64,000 nucleotides of DNA from Methanonatronarchaeales archaeon (GCA_018263395.1 JAANXF010000013.1:1264-65263); one strand, 5' to 3'; positions 1 to 9,065 are shown, counted from the stretch's first letter. The notes: a model not told the origin generated them from the letters alone. Translations and numbers: made by a program.

Positions 1-1
1 A

Positions 2-130
2 GCCGAGTCTCGTGAAGAGGCAGTGTACGGGGCGAGTAGGCCGGGGTACCCCTCGCCATCGATGATCAGCCAGCGAGAGGTCGAGGTGTGGATACGACGC
101 ACGAAAGAGCTCGGTATCCGTCGGGTGTGA
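2..130 (+). pseudogene. Truncated fragment of a dual-specificity/protein-tyrosine phosphatase-like gene
   Basis: Frame from position 2 reads AESREEAVYGASRPGYPSPSMISQREVEVWIRRTKELGIRRV*, resembling the N-terminal (V/F)GAxRPGY...W...GIxRV segment of archaeal DSP-like phosphatases; no CX5R motif follows. Confidence 0.45.
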
Positions 131-205
131 CCGCTTCGAAATACTCTCGGCCAGTCTATTGCCAATTAGATATCTCACTGCTAAGCGATAGGGAGCTTAT
201 AAGTG

Positions 206-2080
206 CTAACCGATAGGGAAAGTATATTCAATTTTTTTCTCTTTTCCATTTCCGTAGAACACGCGATATTTGGCCCTCGCTTCGCCGTCGCTATTTATCG
301 AATTAGCATCGTCGTATCCTATAGTAAACTCTACATGTTCGGTTGAACGTTCACCAGATCCAAGATCGCCAACACTTTTCTCTAAATAGTTGTGGCCGTT
401 GATTTCAATCCGCTCTCCCCCTAATGTAAAGAGCTCAAGCCTGACCTGGACATCCTCCGCCGTCTGCTCCCCTGTATTCGTAATTGAGGATTCCCCCCAT
501 ACTGAAACTGAAAAGACGTTTAAGCTGTAATCTACATTGTTTATGCCTAGGTCGAAGTCTGGAGGTTTCGGGGTTCTGCTCGCTTCTGCCTCTTCTTTCT
601 CTTCCTTTTTTATTTCTGCGGCTGGTACTTTGGCTGAAAGTCCCTCGAATTCTAGTGGTTCGATATCCGGGTTCTGGGGAGGTTTATAGGAGAGACTGAC
701 TTCACGGATATCTATTTGAGCAGGGCTTGAGATGGAGACACTGGATGGGGCACCATTTTTGTTGCTGGTAGCTGATTTGAATTTATCGTAGAGAAAACTT
801 GAGATGCGGAGTAAGGGGTTTGACTGTATCTTCTCCTGAATCCTTTTCGCCTCATCTTGGGCCTCTATTTGTGCCTCTTCCGATAGCTGTATAGACTCGC
901 TGTACTCTCCTGTCTGTAGTTTTTCCTTGGCTAGTTGAAGGGTGTTCGCCGGTTTCGAGATGTCGGCATCTACGAAAAGTGTTGATTCAGATTCCGCTTT
1001 GGCTATTTCGGATTCCGCACTAGTTATGCTATCCAGAGCGTCTAGAGCTGCATCTACTTCCTCTGACGCCTGCTCTAGCTCTTTTTTAGGGCTTCTGTCA
1101 TGGGTGAGGTCTTCGGATGCCTTATCGAGGGTTTCTTCGAGGGATACGAGCGTCAGGTTGTACTTGTTGGATACGGTTTGAGTGAATCCACGGTACTTGG
1201 ATATCTGTTCGGTCTGTTGTGCCTGTAGAAGGGATTGTTCGACGGCTCCGTACTCTCCGATATTTAGGCTTTGATGGGCTTTGTCGATGAAAGGTTTGGA
1301 TGGTGCGGAGGTCAATCGGCTTTCAATCGTTTCAATCTCGTTTCTGGCCTCGGCATTCTTCCCTGCTGTAACGGCCTTCTCCTGGATGTTTCCAGATTTC
1401 TCGATTACTTTTTTGGCTTCATTACTTACCGTGTCGAATTGGCGGTTCTGTAGGGAGTCTAAACCGTTATCAATCCCTTCTTTCGCTACCTGAAGCTGGT
1501 TTTGGAGGGTAGTGGTATCGGCCCCTGCCTGTTTAGCAGAGGAGACGTAGGCCGCAGCGATTTGGTACTCTTCGTTTGATTTTTGGAGTTCCTGCTTCGC
1601 CTCCTCGATGGCCGTTTCGTACGCCTGCTCCAGCTCTTGTTTGGATTTCGTGAGGGACCTGTTTACGGAGTTGGCTTTACTTATGACGTCTTCTGATAGT
1701 GATAGGGCGCTTAGGTAATCTCCTCTGGAGAGTGAGCTGTTGATTTTGGTAACTTTTCCTTCGAGTTGTTTAAGGTTCTCCGATGCTGCACCTAGGGTGC
1801 TGGAGGGAGTTGAGATATCGACTCCTCTACTGTCGGCTATCTCGACCTCTCTCACGAGGTGGTCTGCCCTCTGGTTGAGTGTGTATAGGAGGTCTTTCGC
1901 TTCCTTTGCACTCTCCTTCGCATCGTCTTTGTAGGGGCTAGGTGTGGGGCTGGGGGTAGGAGTGGGAGTGAAGGTCTGGTTCTCGTCGACCCCTCCGTCC
2001 CCAACACATCCCGAAGTCGATAGGAGTCCGGATATTAAAAGAAGGGCTAATGCCCATTCTTTCTTCAGTAGTCTACCCAT
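206..2080 (-). CDS. Predicted lipoprotein with long helical/coiled-coil stalk and C-terminal Ig/CARDB-like domain
   Basis: 624-aa ORF; hydrophobic N-terminus ending in lipobox STSGC, PT linker, A/E/K/Q-rich helical repeats, C-terminal ITNTGEQTAEDVQV...VGDLGSGE beta-sandwich signature; AT-richer than backbone. Confidence 0.75.
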   Translation of the reverse strand: MGRLLKKEWALALLLISGLLSTSGCVGDGGVDENQTFTPTPTPSPTPSPYKDDAKESAKEAKDLLYTLNQRADHLVREVEIADSRGVDISTPSSTLGAASENLKQLEGKVTKINSSLSRGDYLSALSLSEDVISKANSVNRSLTKSKQELEQAYETAIEEAKQELQKSNEEYQIAAAYVSSAKQAGADTTTLQNQLQVAKEGIDNGLDSLQNRQFDTVSNEAKKVIEKSGNIQEKAVTAGKNAEARNEIETIESRLTSAPSKPFIDKAHQSLNIGEYGAVEQSLLQAQQTEQISKYRGFTQTVSNKYNLTLVSLEETLDKASEDLTHDRSPKKELEQASEEVDAALDALDSITSAESEIAKAESESTLFVDADISKPANTLQLAKEKLQTGEYSESIQLSEEAQIEAQDEAKRIQEKIQSNPLLRISSFLYDKFKSATSNKNGAPSSVSISSPAQIDIREVSLSYKPPQNPDIEPLEFEGLSAKVPAAEIKKEEKEEAEASRTPKPPDFDLGINNVDYSLNVFSVSVWGESSITNTGEQTAEDVQVRLELFTLGGERIEINGHNYLEKSVGDLGSGERSTEHVEFTIGYDDANSINSDGEARAKYRVFYGNGKEKKIEYTFPIG

Positions 2081-2108
2081 CCATGGGTTAGATTCGATCC
2101 TTGGGCGT

Positions 2109-2798
2109 TTATTTAAATCTCTCCCTTAAGAGGTAGGCAAGCCCGATTAGTGCGGTGGAGCTGGTTATACCTAGGAATCCGGGGCTTTGTAGTTCCTCCA
2201 GCAGTACTCTTAGGACTACTTTTGTAACTGCCACAATTACTTCTTCCTCCCAGCCCTGGGGACTGATTTCGCCAGGTCTTCCTCCGTTAACAGGTGCTTT
2301 GGCTTTAATCTCTGTGGTGTAGGTGGTTGGAGGTGCGTTCTCCGGTACCCGGAAGGTTATTGGGGCTTCTATCGGGGGAACCATGTCCTCCGTGATGAAG
2401 TAGTCGTAACTGGATGTTCTTGACTGTCCTAGTCCTTCCGCTTTGAGCTCTATTTTGACTGGGCCGGTCCAATCAACTGGTTCCCAGTCCAGCGTAACGT
2501 GGTACGTGACCTGTTCGCCGCCGATGGCCTCTATCTCCTTTGGCTCAACTGTGATGTCGAGTTCTTGAAGTTTCGAAATGGGTTTAGGAACTTCAGGGGT
2601 GTTAGTCGGAACCCTAATTGTGGGAACCTCTGTAGGAACTTCAGGGGTGTTAGTCGGAACCCTGAATGAGGGTGATGTCGTCATGTCGACTTTCTGGCCA
2701 GCTTCCAGGACGGAGGGTACCTGGATCTCTCTGGTGGTCTGTGCTCCGGTGGCTGGTGTTATCCTTATTATGGCGGGGTCGCCGGGGGTTTTCTGCAC
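2109..2798 (-). CDS. PGF-CTERM-anchored surface protein (N-terminus or start uncertain)
   Basis: C-terminal SPGF + hydrophobic helix + basic tail (LRERFK); P/T-rich repeats; no signal peptide visible. Confidence 0.65.
   Translation of the reverse strand: MQKTPGDPAIIRITPATGAQTTREIQVPSVLEAGQKVDMTTSPSFRVPTNTPEVPTEVPTIRVPTNTPEVPKPISKLQELDITVEPKEIEAIGGEQVTYHVTLDWEPVDWTGPVKIELKAEGLGQSRTSSYDYFITEDMVPPIEAPITFRVPENAPPTTYTTEIKAKAPVNGGRPGEISPQGWEEEVIVAVTKVVLRVLLEELQSPGFLGITSSTALIGLAYLLRERFK
2585..2663. repeat. 31-bp perfect direct repeat, 2 copies (2585-2615 and 2633-2663), encoding RVPTNTPEVP
   Basis: TAGGAACTTCAGGGGTGTTAGTCGGAACCCT occurs twice. Confidence 0.9.
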
Positions 2799-3018
2799 CT
2801 ACACCCCTCTTTCGGGGCGGCGAAACACCGGGTGACCCAGGTTTTATCGCTGTGCGGCGCCGCGTTTTTTCGGGAAAAGCTCCCGCGCGTCGTAATATAA
2901 GCTATGTGTCAAATTCTTCAATTTCCCTGTTTTCCTTGATTTTCCTCGATACATAGGGTCACGCGTGAGACTATAAGGTACGTGTCCAGGTCTTCCAAAC
3001 CTTTCAAACCTTCCGTGA

Positions 3019-3465
3019 TCGTCAAAGGATGAGCTGGACGAGCTGGATATACTGAACAGCACCCTGGCGGACTACGAGGACCTCAGGGAGGAGGTCCGCG
3101 GCATGGAGGCGGGGAGGGAGAAGGCGGAGCTGCGTATGGAGCTGACGGAGAAGGAGCTGCAGAGGCAGTACCAGCGCGAGCTCTCCTCGAAGCAACAGAT
3201 GAGCGACTACGCCACGGTCGAGGTCCGGATAAGGCAGCGAAAGTCCGTCGCCGTCACGCCCGACAACGTCTGGAACCGCGTGAAGGAGCGCGTTAAGCGG
3301 ATGCTCGACAACCTCGTCACCATTGCCATAGAGACCTTCGCCGGAGGAATCGAGCTACTCTTCCGAACAGTCCAGGCCATAATCTACCTCGCCATAATCG
3401 CCGTACCGGTCGCCGCGGCCTACAGGCTCGGGCGGGAGGTCTACAGGCGGTACGGGGAGGGGTGA
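3019..3465 (+). pseudogene. 5'-truncated DUF4349-like membrane protein remnant
   Basis: Open frame begins abruptly after a TGA at 3016; coiled coil, SDYATVEVRI motif and C-terminal TM helix; composition shifts at about 3020. Confidence 0.55.
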
Positions 3466-3471
3466 GTCGGG

Positions 3472-4125
3472 TTGGGCGAACTCGTCGTGTACTGTGCGGA
3501 TGTCGGGTCGATAAAAAGCGGTAATTTCGGGTGGGCAAGAGAGGGACCGGATACTTCTGGACAAAGCGAAATCGAGGATAATTCCAGTGACATCGACACC
3601 CTTGTTGAAGGTGTCGTAAGCGACCTGAACGAGGGTCGAAAGGTCGCGCTCGGGTTCGAGTGCCCGCTCTACGTCCCGGTGCGTGATGAGCCTGAGGACC
3701 TTACATCCCAGCGTGAGGAGGAAGAGGGGTCAGGGAGGCCTTGGTCTGCTGGAGCAGGGGCCGCGGTCCTCGGAGTTGGTCTCGTCGAGGCGAGGTATGT
3801 TCTTGATAAGGTTTGGAATGCTGTACCTGATGATGTCGAGCCGCACCTGAAATTAGAGCTGTTCCAAGATTCTGAGGGTCCGAGCATGTTGCTTTGGGAA
3901 GCGATGGTCACTGGAGATGCGAAGTCCGGTTCGGAAGAACATGGGCACGTGGAGGATGCCCGTACCGCTGTCGATGAATTCCTCAACACTTACCCTGACT
4001 TAGACCTATCCGAGGAGGATGCGAGGGAAGGTGTCCACTCTCTCATTGGGAGCGTTCTAATGCGAACAGGGTGGACACAGAATCAGCGCTTTCTGGAGCA
4101 GCCCTGTCCGTTCGTCAAACCTTGA
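3472..4125 (+). CDS. Hypothetical protein, predicted RNase H-fold nuclease (DUF429-like)
   Basis: 217 aa; VYCADVGS first strand, VALGFECP, LLWEA and HVEDA acidic motifs. Confidence 0.6.
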   Translation: MGELVVYCADVGSIKSGNFGWAREGPDTSGQSEIEDNSSDIDTLVEGVVSDLNEGRKVALGFECPLYVPVRDEPEDLTSQREEEEGSGRPWSAGAGAAVLGVGLVEARYVLDKVWNAVPDDVEPHLKLELFQDSEGPSMLLWEAMVTGDAKSGSEEHGHVEDARTAVDEFLNTYPDLDLSEEDAREGVHSLIGSVLMRTGWTQNQRFLEQPCPFVKP

Positions 4126-4134
4126 CCTGGGCGA

Positions 4135-5082
4135 CTAGACGAACTCCGGCGCCACCTCGTCGATGAACCGCTCGATGGTCTCCCCATCGTTCCCCGGGAC
4201 GCGGAAGATGTAGAGGTCCGCGCCGAGGTCCCGGAAATCCTCGACGGTGGCGGCCACGTGCTCCGGTGTACCTACGGCTCCGCGGTACTCGTCCCTCGCC
4301 GGAACCGGAGCGGCTCTGTCGCTCATCATAGCCTCGTAGGCGTCGTGTGCCTCGTCCTCGGTGTCCCGTATCACCGCGACGTTGGCGACGGTCTTCTCGA
4401 TGTCGTCGTAGTTCCGACCCACGTCGTCGCAGTGCTCCTGCAGTACGGAGAGCTTGTGGGCGTACTCCTCCGGGTGCGAGAAGACGTTCCACGCGTCCGC
4501 CTCTTTGGCCGTCGCTTTTAGGGTCAGCTGCTCCCCTCCACCGCCCACGAGGACCGGGGGGTGCGGGTCCTGCACCGGTTTCGGGGAGAGCACCAGGTCC
4601 TCGACGGAGTAGTGCTCCCCGTCGTAGCTCACCGGGTTCTCCGCGGTCCACGTCTCTTTGATGAGGCGGACGGCGTCCTCCATCTGCGATATGCGGGTGG
4701 CGTCGTCGGGGTACTCTATGCCGTAGCCCTCGTACTCGTCCTGGAACCAGCCCGCGCCGATGCCGAGGACGGCCCGGCCACCCGAGATGTGGTCGAGGTC
4801 GGTGACGAGCTTGCCGAGCAGCGCCGGGTTGCGGTAGTGGACGCAGGTGACGAGGGCCCCGAGCCTCATCTCCTGCGTCAGGGCGGCGACGGCGGGAAGC
4901 ATCGAGTAGCAGGTGAAGAAGTGGTCATCAGGCTGCCCGACGTACGGAATCTGCCAGAGGTGGTCCATGAGGCTGAACCAGTCGAAGCCGGCGGCCTCGA
5001 CGCGGTGCGCCGTCTCTCTCACCGACTCCAGCATATCCGTCCCGGTGTCCTCGAAGGAGGTGTAGTGGTAGCCGAAGTTCAT
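4135..5082 (-). CDS. LLM-class F420-dependent oxidoreductase
   Basis: MDHLWQ, LGALVT, DHISGGRAVLGIGAGW and VGGGGE motifs; start taken at MNFGYHY. Confidence 0.92.
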   Translation of the reverse strand: MNFGYHYTSFEDTGTDMLESVRETAHRVEAAGFDWFSLMDHLWQIPYVGQPDDHFFTCYSMLPAVAALTQEMRLGALVTCVHYRNPALLGKLVTDLDHISGGRAVLGIGAGWFQDEYEGYGIEYPDDATRISQMEDAVRLIKETWTAENPVSYDGEHYSVEDLVLSPKPVQDPHPPVLVGGGGEQLTLKATAKEADAWNVFSHPEEYAHKLSVLQEHCDDVGRNYDDIEKTVANVAVIRDTEDEAHDAYEAMMSDRAAPVPARDEYRGAVGTPEHVAATVEDFRDLGADLYIFRVPGNDGETIERFIDEVAPEFV

Positions 5083-5120
5083 CGCGGCAATGAATCTAGC
5101 CGGGCCCAATACAAGGGTTC

Positions 5121-5191
5121 TGGGTCCGACCGGTCGAAGCCTTCAGCTTCTTGTCTGCAGGCCCCTGAGTGGGTCCGACCGGATTACGAAC
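5121..5191 (-). repeat. Two extra copies of the tRNA-Val(TAC) 3' end (att-like scars)
   Basis: TGGGTCCGACCGG at 5121, 5170 and in the tRNA at 5261; the 5167-5191 copy extends GAGTGGGTCCGACCGGATT(A)CGAAC. Confidence 0.85.
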
Positions 5192-5260
5192 TGCCCCGGG
5201 CCGAGCGTAAGCGAGGGCCGAGGGGTGTAGAATCCGGAGGACGCACGGAGCGAAGCGGAG

Positions 5261-5334
5261 TGGGTCCGACCGGATTCGAACCGGTGATCCTCGCCGTGTA
5301 AAGGCGATGTCATGACCGACTAGACCACGGACCC
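5261..5334 (-). tRNA. tRNA-Val (TAC)
   Basis: Reverse complement folds as a cloverleaf: GGGTCCG/CGGACCC acceptor stem, TCGCC-TTTACAC-GGCGA anticodon arm, GGTTCGAATCC T arm. Confidence 0.97.
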
Positions 5335-5376
5335 CGTGTACCATATTCTCCGTCGGTCGGTAAAGTCTGTTCCGGG

Positions 5377-5535
5377 TCAGGGCTCCAGGTAGTTCGCGGT
5401 GTGTCCGCAGACGGTGCAGCGGGACGTCTTCTTGTCCTCGCAGACGTGTACGACGTGCAGCGTCTCGTCTCCGCAGTCCGGGCAGTGCGCGACCACCTCC
5501 TCCTCTCTGCAGGTATCAGTACCGTGCTTATCCAT
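5377..5535 (-). CDS. Small CPxCG-type zinc finger protein (52 aa, absent from the ORF track)
   Basis: MDKHGTDTCREEEVVAHCPDCGDETLHVVHVCEDKKTSRCTVCGHTANYLEP*; ATG 2 nt after the trxB stop. Confidence 0.8.
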   Translation of the reverse strand: MDKHGTDTCREEEVVAHCPDCGDETLHVVHVCEDKKTSRCTVCGHTANYLEP

Positions 5536-5537
5536 CC

Positions 5538-6437
5538 TCACTCCTCCAGGTAGTTCATGGCCGAAATTGCGGCGGATGCTCCGTCCCCGACGGCGGTGGC
5601 GGCCTGCTTCATTCCTCCGGCGACGTCCCCGGCGGCGAAGAACCCGTCGACCGGGGTCTCCATCGAGGGCCTATCGACGCAGACGTAGCCTCTGCCCGTC
5701 AGCTCCGCGCCGACGTCGTCGGCGAGCTTGCCCCTGGGCTCCCTGCCGAACTCCACGAAGACGCCGTCCACCTCGACGCTCCGGTTCTCGCCTCCCGCCT
5801 CGAAGTCGAACGCCTCCAGCGAGTCCTCGCCCCTTAGCGCGGTCGGCTCGACGCCGAGGAACACCTCCACGTTTCCGGCCTCCTCCAGCCGCCTCTCGTA
5901 TACCCTCTCCGAGCGAAGGGACTCCTCGGTCGATAGCAGGTATACCCTGGACGCGACCTCCTTCAGCTGGATGGCGGCCTTGGCGGCCCCGTTTCCGAAG
6001 CCGACCACCGCTACCGGCTCGTCCCTGTGGGTGGGGCCGTCGCAGTAGGCGCATAAGGAGAGCCCCCTGTGCTCGAACCGCTCCTCTCCCTCTATCCCTA
6101 TCGAGCGCGGCTCCGCCCCCGTCGCCAGTATCACCGCCCGGGCGTCACGGCTCCCCGTCTCCGTATCCAGCGTGAATCCGTCTTCCCTCGACAGCCCCTC
6201 GACCCTCGTATCCACGGTCTCAGCACCGTATTGCCGGGCCTGCTCCAGCATCTCCTCGGCGAGGTCCAGACCCAGCACGCCGTCAGGGTACCCCGGAAAG
6301 TTATCGAAGGTCCCTCCCCTCGCCAGCTGGGAGTCGTACGCGTCGCCGAAGACCGCCGTCTCCCGGTTTCCCCTGGCCGCGTATACCGCTGCGGTGAGTC
6401 CGGCGGGGCCGGCGCCGATGATGGCGACGTCCAGCAC
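5538..6437 (-). CDS. trxB: Thioredoxin-disulfide reductase
   Basis: GAGPAG FAD motif, ATG motif, CAYC redox motif, FAAGDV. Confidence 0.9.
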   Translation of the reverse strand: MLDVAIIGAGPAGLTAAVYAARGNRETAVFGDAYDSQLARGGTFDNFPGYPDGVLGLDLAEEMLEQARQYGAETVDTRVEGLSREDGFTLDTETGSRDARAVILATGAEPRSIGIEGEERFEHRGLSLCAYCDGPTHRDEPVAVVGFGNGAAKAAIQLKEVASRVYLLSTEESLRSERVYERRLEEAGNVEVFLGVEPTALRGEDSLEAFDFEAGGENRSVEVDGVFVEFGREPRGKLADDVGAELTGRGYVCVDRPSMETPVDGFFAAGDVAGGMKQAATAVGDGASAAISAMNYLEE

Positions 6438-6509
6438 GCTTCGAGTTATCTTCGTGGAGGGGAAAAGGTTTGCGGCAGCCTTTTAGAACTGTGGAGGTAT
6501 AAGACTCCG

Positions 6510-6583
<74 letters not shown>

Positions 6584-6669
6584 CTCCGCGGTGTAGGGAG
6601 GTAATGCGTGGTGCGTGGGGCCGTACGGCTGGACAAACGCTTTACCCGTGTGGTGTAAGAATCTCTATC

Positions 6670-7175
6670 GTGATAGTAGGGGACGTTCTCTCGGGGCTCT
6701 ACGCCGGTGCCGTCGCTGCGTTTCCCAGACTGTTGGCGGCACTCGCGGTGCTCGCCGTCTCCTACCCCCTGGTCCTCCTCGCCTCGTCGTCGGTTAGGAG
6801 GGGACTGGTCACGGCGGGGCGGCACGAGGACGTCGCGGGTCTCGCCGCACTCCTCGTCAGGCTGTTCCTGTTCCACTCGGCTGCGCTGGCGGTTCTGGCG
6901 GTTCTCGGATCTCGCCGCTTCTCTTGGCACCGCCGTCGGCTTCGTGGGGCTGGGGGTATCATTATGCCCTGAAGGGCGTGATAGGTGACGTTGTGGCGGG
7001 TGTCTACCTGCTCAGAGACCCGGACTTCTCAGTGGGTGACCGCATCGTCACGGGGGAGGGCTTCGGCGAGGTGGTGGACGTGGACCTGAGGAAGACCCGC
7101 ATCCGCACGGAGGACGGGGACCTGCTCGTCGTTTCGAACTCGTCGGTCGACAAGAAGTGGACACGGAAGGAGTAA
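6670..7175 (+). pseudogene. Small-conductance mechanosensitive channel (MscS family), two frameshifts
   Basis: TM N-terminus, then FSDLAASLGTAVGFVGLGVS, then YALKGVIGDVVAGVYLLRDPDFSVGD...DLRKTRI, each in a different frame. Confidence 0.75.
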
Positions 7176-7212
7176 TCGCCCAGTTTTTAAGCGCTGAGGG
7201 TAAGTTACACGT

Positions 7213-7482
7213 ATGCCTCGCATCAGAATCGAGTACGACAGGGAGACCTGCATCGGTGCCTTTGTCTGCGTAGACCAGGACCCTGACCACTTCGAGCCGG
7301 ATAACGGAAAGGCCGTCCTCGTCGGGGGTAAACGGGATGACGGGGTGTACGTGCTGGAGAACGACGTGGACGGTGACGGGATGGAGAGGGCGGTCATGGC
7401 CGCAAAAGGCTGCCCGGTGGACGCGATAAACGTCAGGGACGTGGATTCCGGAGAGGACCTGTACTGGGGCTTCGAGCACTGA
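7213..7482 (+). CDS. Single-cluster ferredoxin, probably [3Fe-4S]
   Basis: CIGAFVC...GCP (second Cys position is Ala). Confidence 0.85.
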   Translation: MPRIRIEYDRETCIGAFVCVDQDPDHFEPDNGKAVLVGGKRDDGVYVLENDVDGDGMERAVMAAKGCPVDAINVRDVDSGEDLYWGFEH

Positions 7483-7599
7483 GAGGGCGACCTGAGTCCC
7501 GGTCCCCCGCCGCAAACCGCCCCCGGCAGACCTCTAAGGATAACTCTCGGTGCCACCCGTTTCGACGGCTTCGCGGCGTCCCCGAGAAGGCCAACTAAG

Positions 7600-8964
7600 C
7601 TAGTTACCCAGCCCTTTAAGCGGCGCAGGTATCCGTCCGCCCCTGCCCACGAACTTTCCGGGAGAGGCGTGGGCGACCTCCATCACCGGCGCTCCACCCA
7701 GAAGCCCCCCTACCTCTACACGGTCGCCGGGTTCCCTCCCGGGAACCGGGATCAGGCGGGCTGCGGTGGTCTTCCCGTTGACCACCCCTATGGCGCATTC
7801 GTCCGCTATGATTCCGCTGAGGGTGTCGGGCGACGTGTCGCCGGGTAGGGGAACCATGTCGAGACCCACGCTGCAGACCGAGGTCATCGCCTCCAGCTTC
7901 TCGACCGAGAGAACACCCCTCTCCACTGCTCGAGCCATGCCGGAGTCCTCGCTAACCGGGATGAAGCTGCCTGACAGCCCTCCCACCGACGAACTGGCCA
8001 TCGCGCCCCCTCTCTTGACGGCGTCCGTCAGAAGGGCGAGTGCGGCCGTGCTTCCGGGGCAGCCCACGCTCTCGAGCCCCATTGCCTCTAGGATCTCCGC
8101 GACCGAGTCCCCCGCCGCGGGAGTCGGTGCGAGGGAGAGGTCGACAATCCCGAACTCCACGCCCAGCCCCTTCGCAACCTCCCTGCCGACGAGCTCGCCC
8201 GCCCTCGTTATCTTGAATGCGGTCCTCTTCACTGACTCCGCCATCCCCTGGAGGGAGGCGTCCTCCCCTATCGCCGACATGATTGTGCCGGGCCCGGAGA
8301 CCCCGACGTTAATCACCGTCGAGGGCTCGGCATGTCCGTGGAAGGCCCCCGCCATAAACGGGTTGTCCTGGGGCGCGTTCGCGAAGACCACGAGCCGGGC
8401 GCACGCGGTCCAGTCCAGCTCCGAGACCTCCTTCACCACGTCGCCTGCCCTGCTAACGGCGTCCACGTTCACACCCGAGGCCGTGGAGGCCACGTTGAGC
8501 GAGGAGCAGAGCCTCTCCGTGGCCTCCAGGGCCCGGGGCACGGCCCTGAACAGCAGTTCGTCTCCGCTGGAAAAACCTTTCTCCACCTGGGCCGTGAAGC
8601 CGCCGATGAAGTCCACGCCCACCTCCGATGCCGCGGAGTCCACCGCCTCCGCGAGCGCCACGGCGTCGTCGACGGAGGGGTCGCTCCAGGCCTCCATCAC
8701 CTCGGAGAGGGGGGTAACGGCTATCCGTCTGTTGACTATCGGGACGCCGTACCGCATCTCCGCGGCGTCGGATTCATTCACCAGCCCGGAGGCGGCTTCA
8801 ATCAGGAGCTCCCGGGCACTCTCGCGGGTCCTCTCCGGGTCCCGTGACGCGCATCCGCCCAGGTCCACCCCGAGAGTCACCGTCCTGACGTCGAGGTTCT
8901 CCACCTCCAGCATCCTCAGTGTCTCAAGGACCTCCTCTTCGGTGTAAATCATGCCTGAAACCAT
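7600..8964 (-). CDS. DUF711/UPF0210 (PFL-like) protein
   Basis: ENLDVRTVTLG, DNPFMAGAFHG, KLEAMTSVCSVGLDM, GGRIPAP motifs. Confidence 0.92.
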   Translation of the reverse strand: MVSGMIYTEEEVLETLRMLEVENLDVRTVTLGVDLGGCASRDPERTRESARELLIEAASGLVNESDAAEMRYGVPIVNRRIAVTPLSEVMEAWSDPSVDDAVALAEAVDSAASEVGVDFIGGFTAQVEKGFSSGDELLFRAVPRALEATERLCSSLNVASTASGVNVDAVSRAGDVVKEVSELDWTACARLVVFANAPQDNPFMAGAFHGHAEPSTVINVGVSGPGTIMSAIGEDASLQGMAESVKRTAFKITRAGELVGREVAKGLGVEFGIVDLSLAPTPAAGDSVAEILEAMGLESVGCPGSTAALALLTDAVKRGGAMASSSVGGLSGSFIPVSEDSGMARAVERGVLSVEKLEAMTSVCSVGLDMVPLPGDTSPDTLSGIIADECAIGVVNGKTTAARLIPVPGREPGDRVEVGGLLGGAPVMEVAHASPGKFVGRGGRIPAPLKGLGN

Positions 8965-9065
8965 TCTCCTTCCGTGGCCTAAGTTTTCCCCTGGAAAGTG
9001 GGAGTTCTGCCACGAGGGAGGGTATTTATAAGCCTTAAGGACCTTTTAAGTACTCGTGATAAGGC

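Noticed and set aside
128-130. TGA as selenocysteine in the phosphatase-like fragment
   Set aside because: The downstream frame closes within a few codons and shows no similarity
2799-2846. TAG immediately upstream of the PGF-CTERM ORF as a readthrough codon
   Set aside because: The upstream frame is closed by TAA at 2844-2846 and encodes no signal peptide
8984-9005. TTCCCCTGGAAAGTGGGAG as an origin recognition box
   Set aside because: Single copy in the tbp promoter region, far from cdc6, with no partner box
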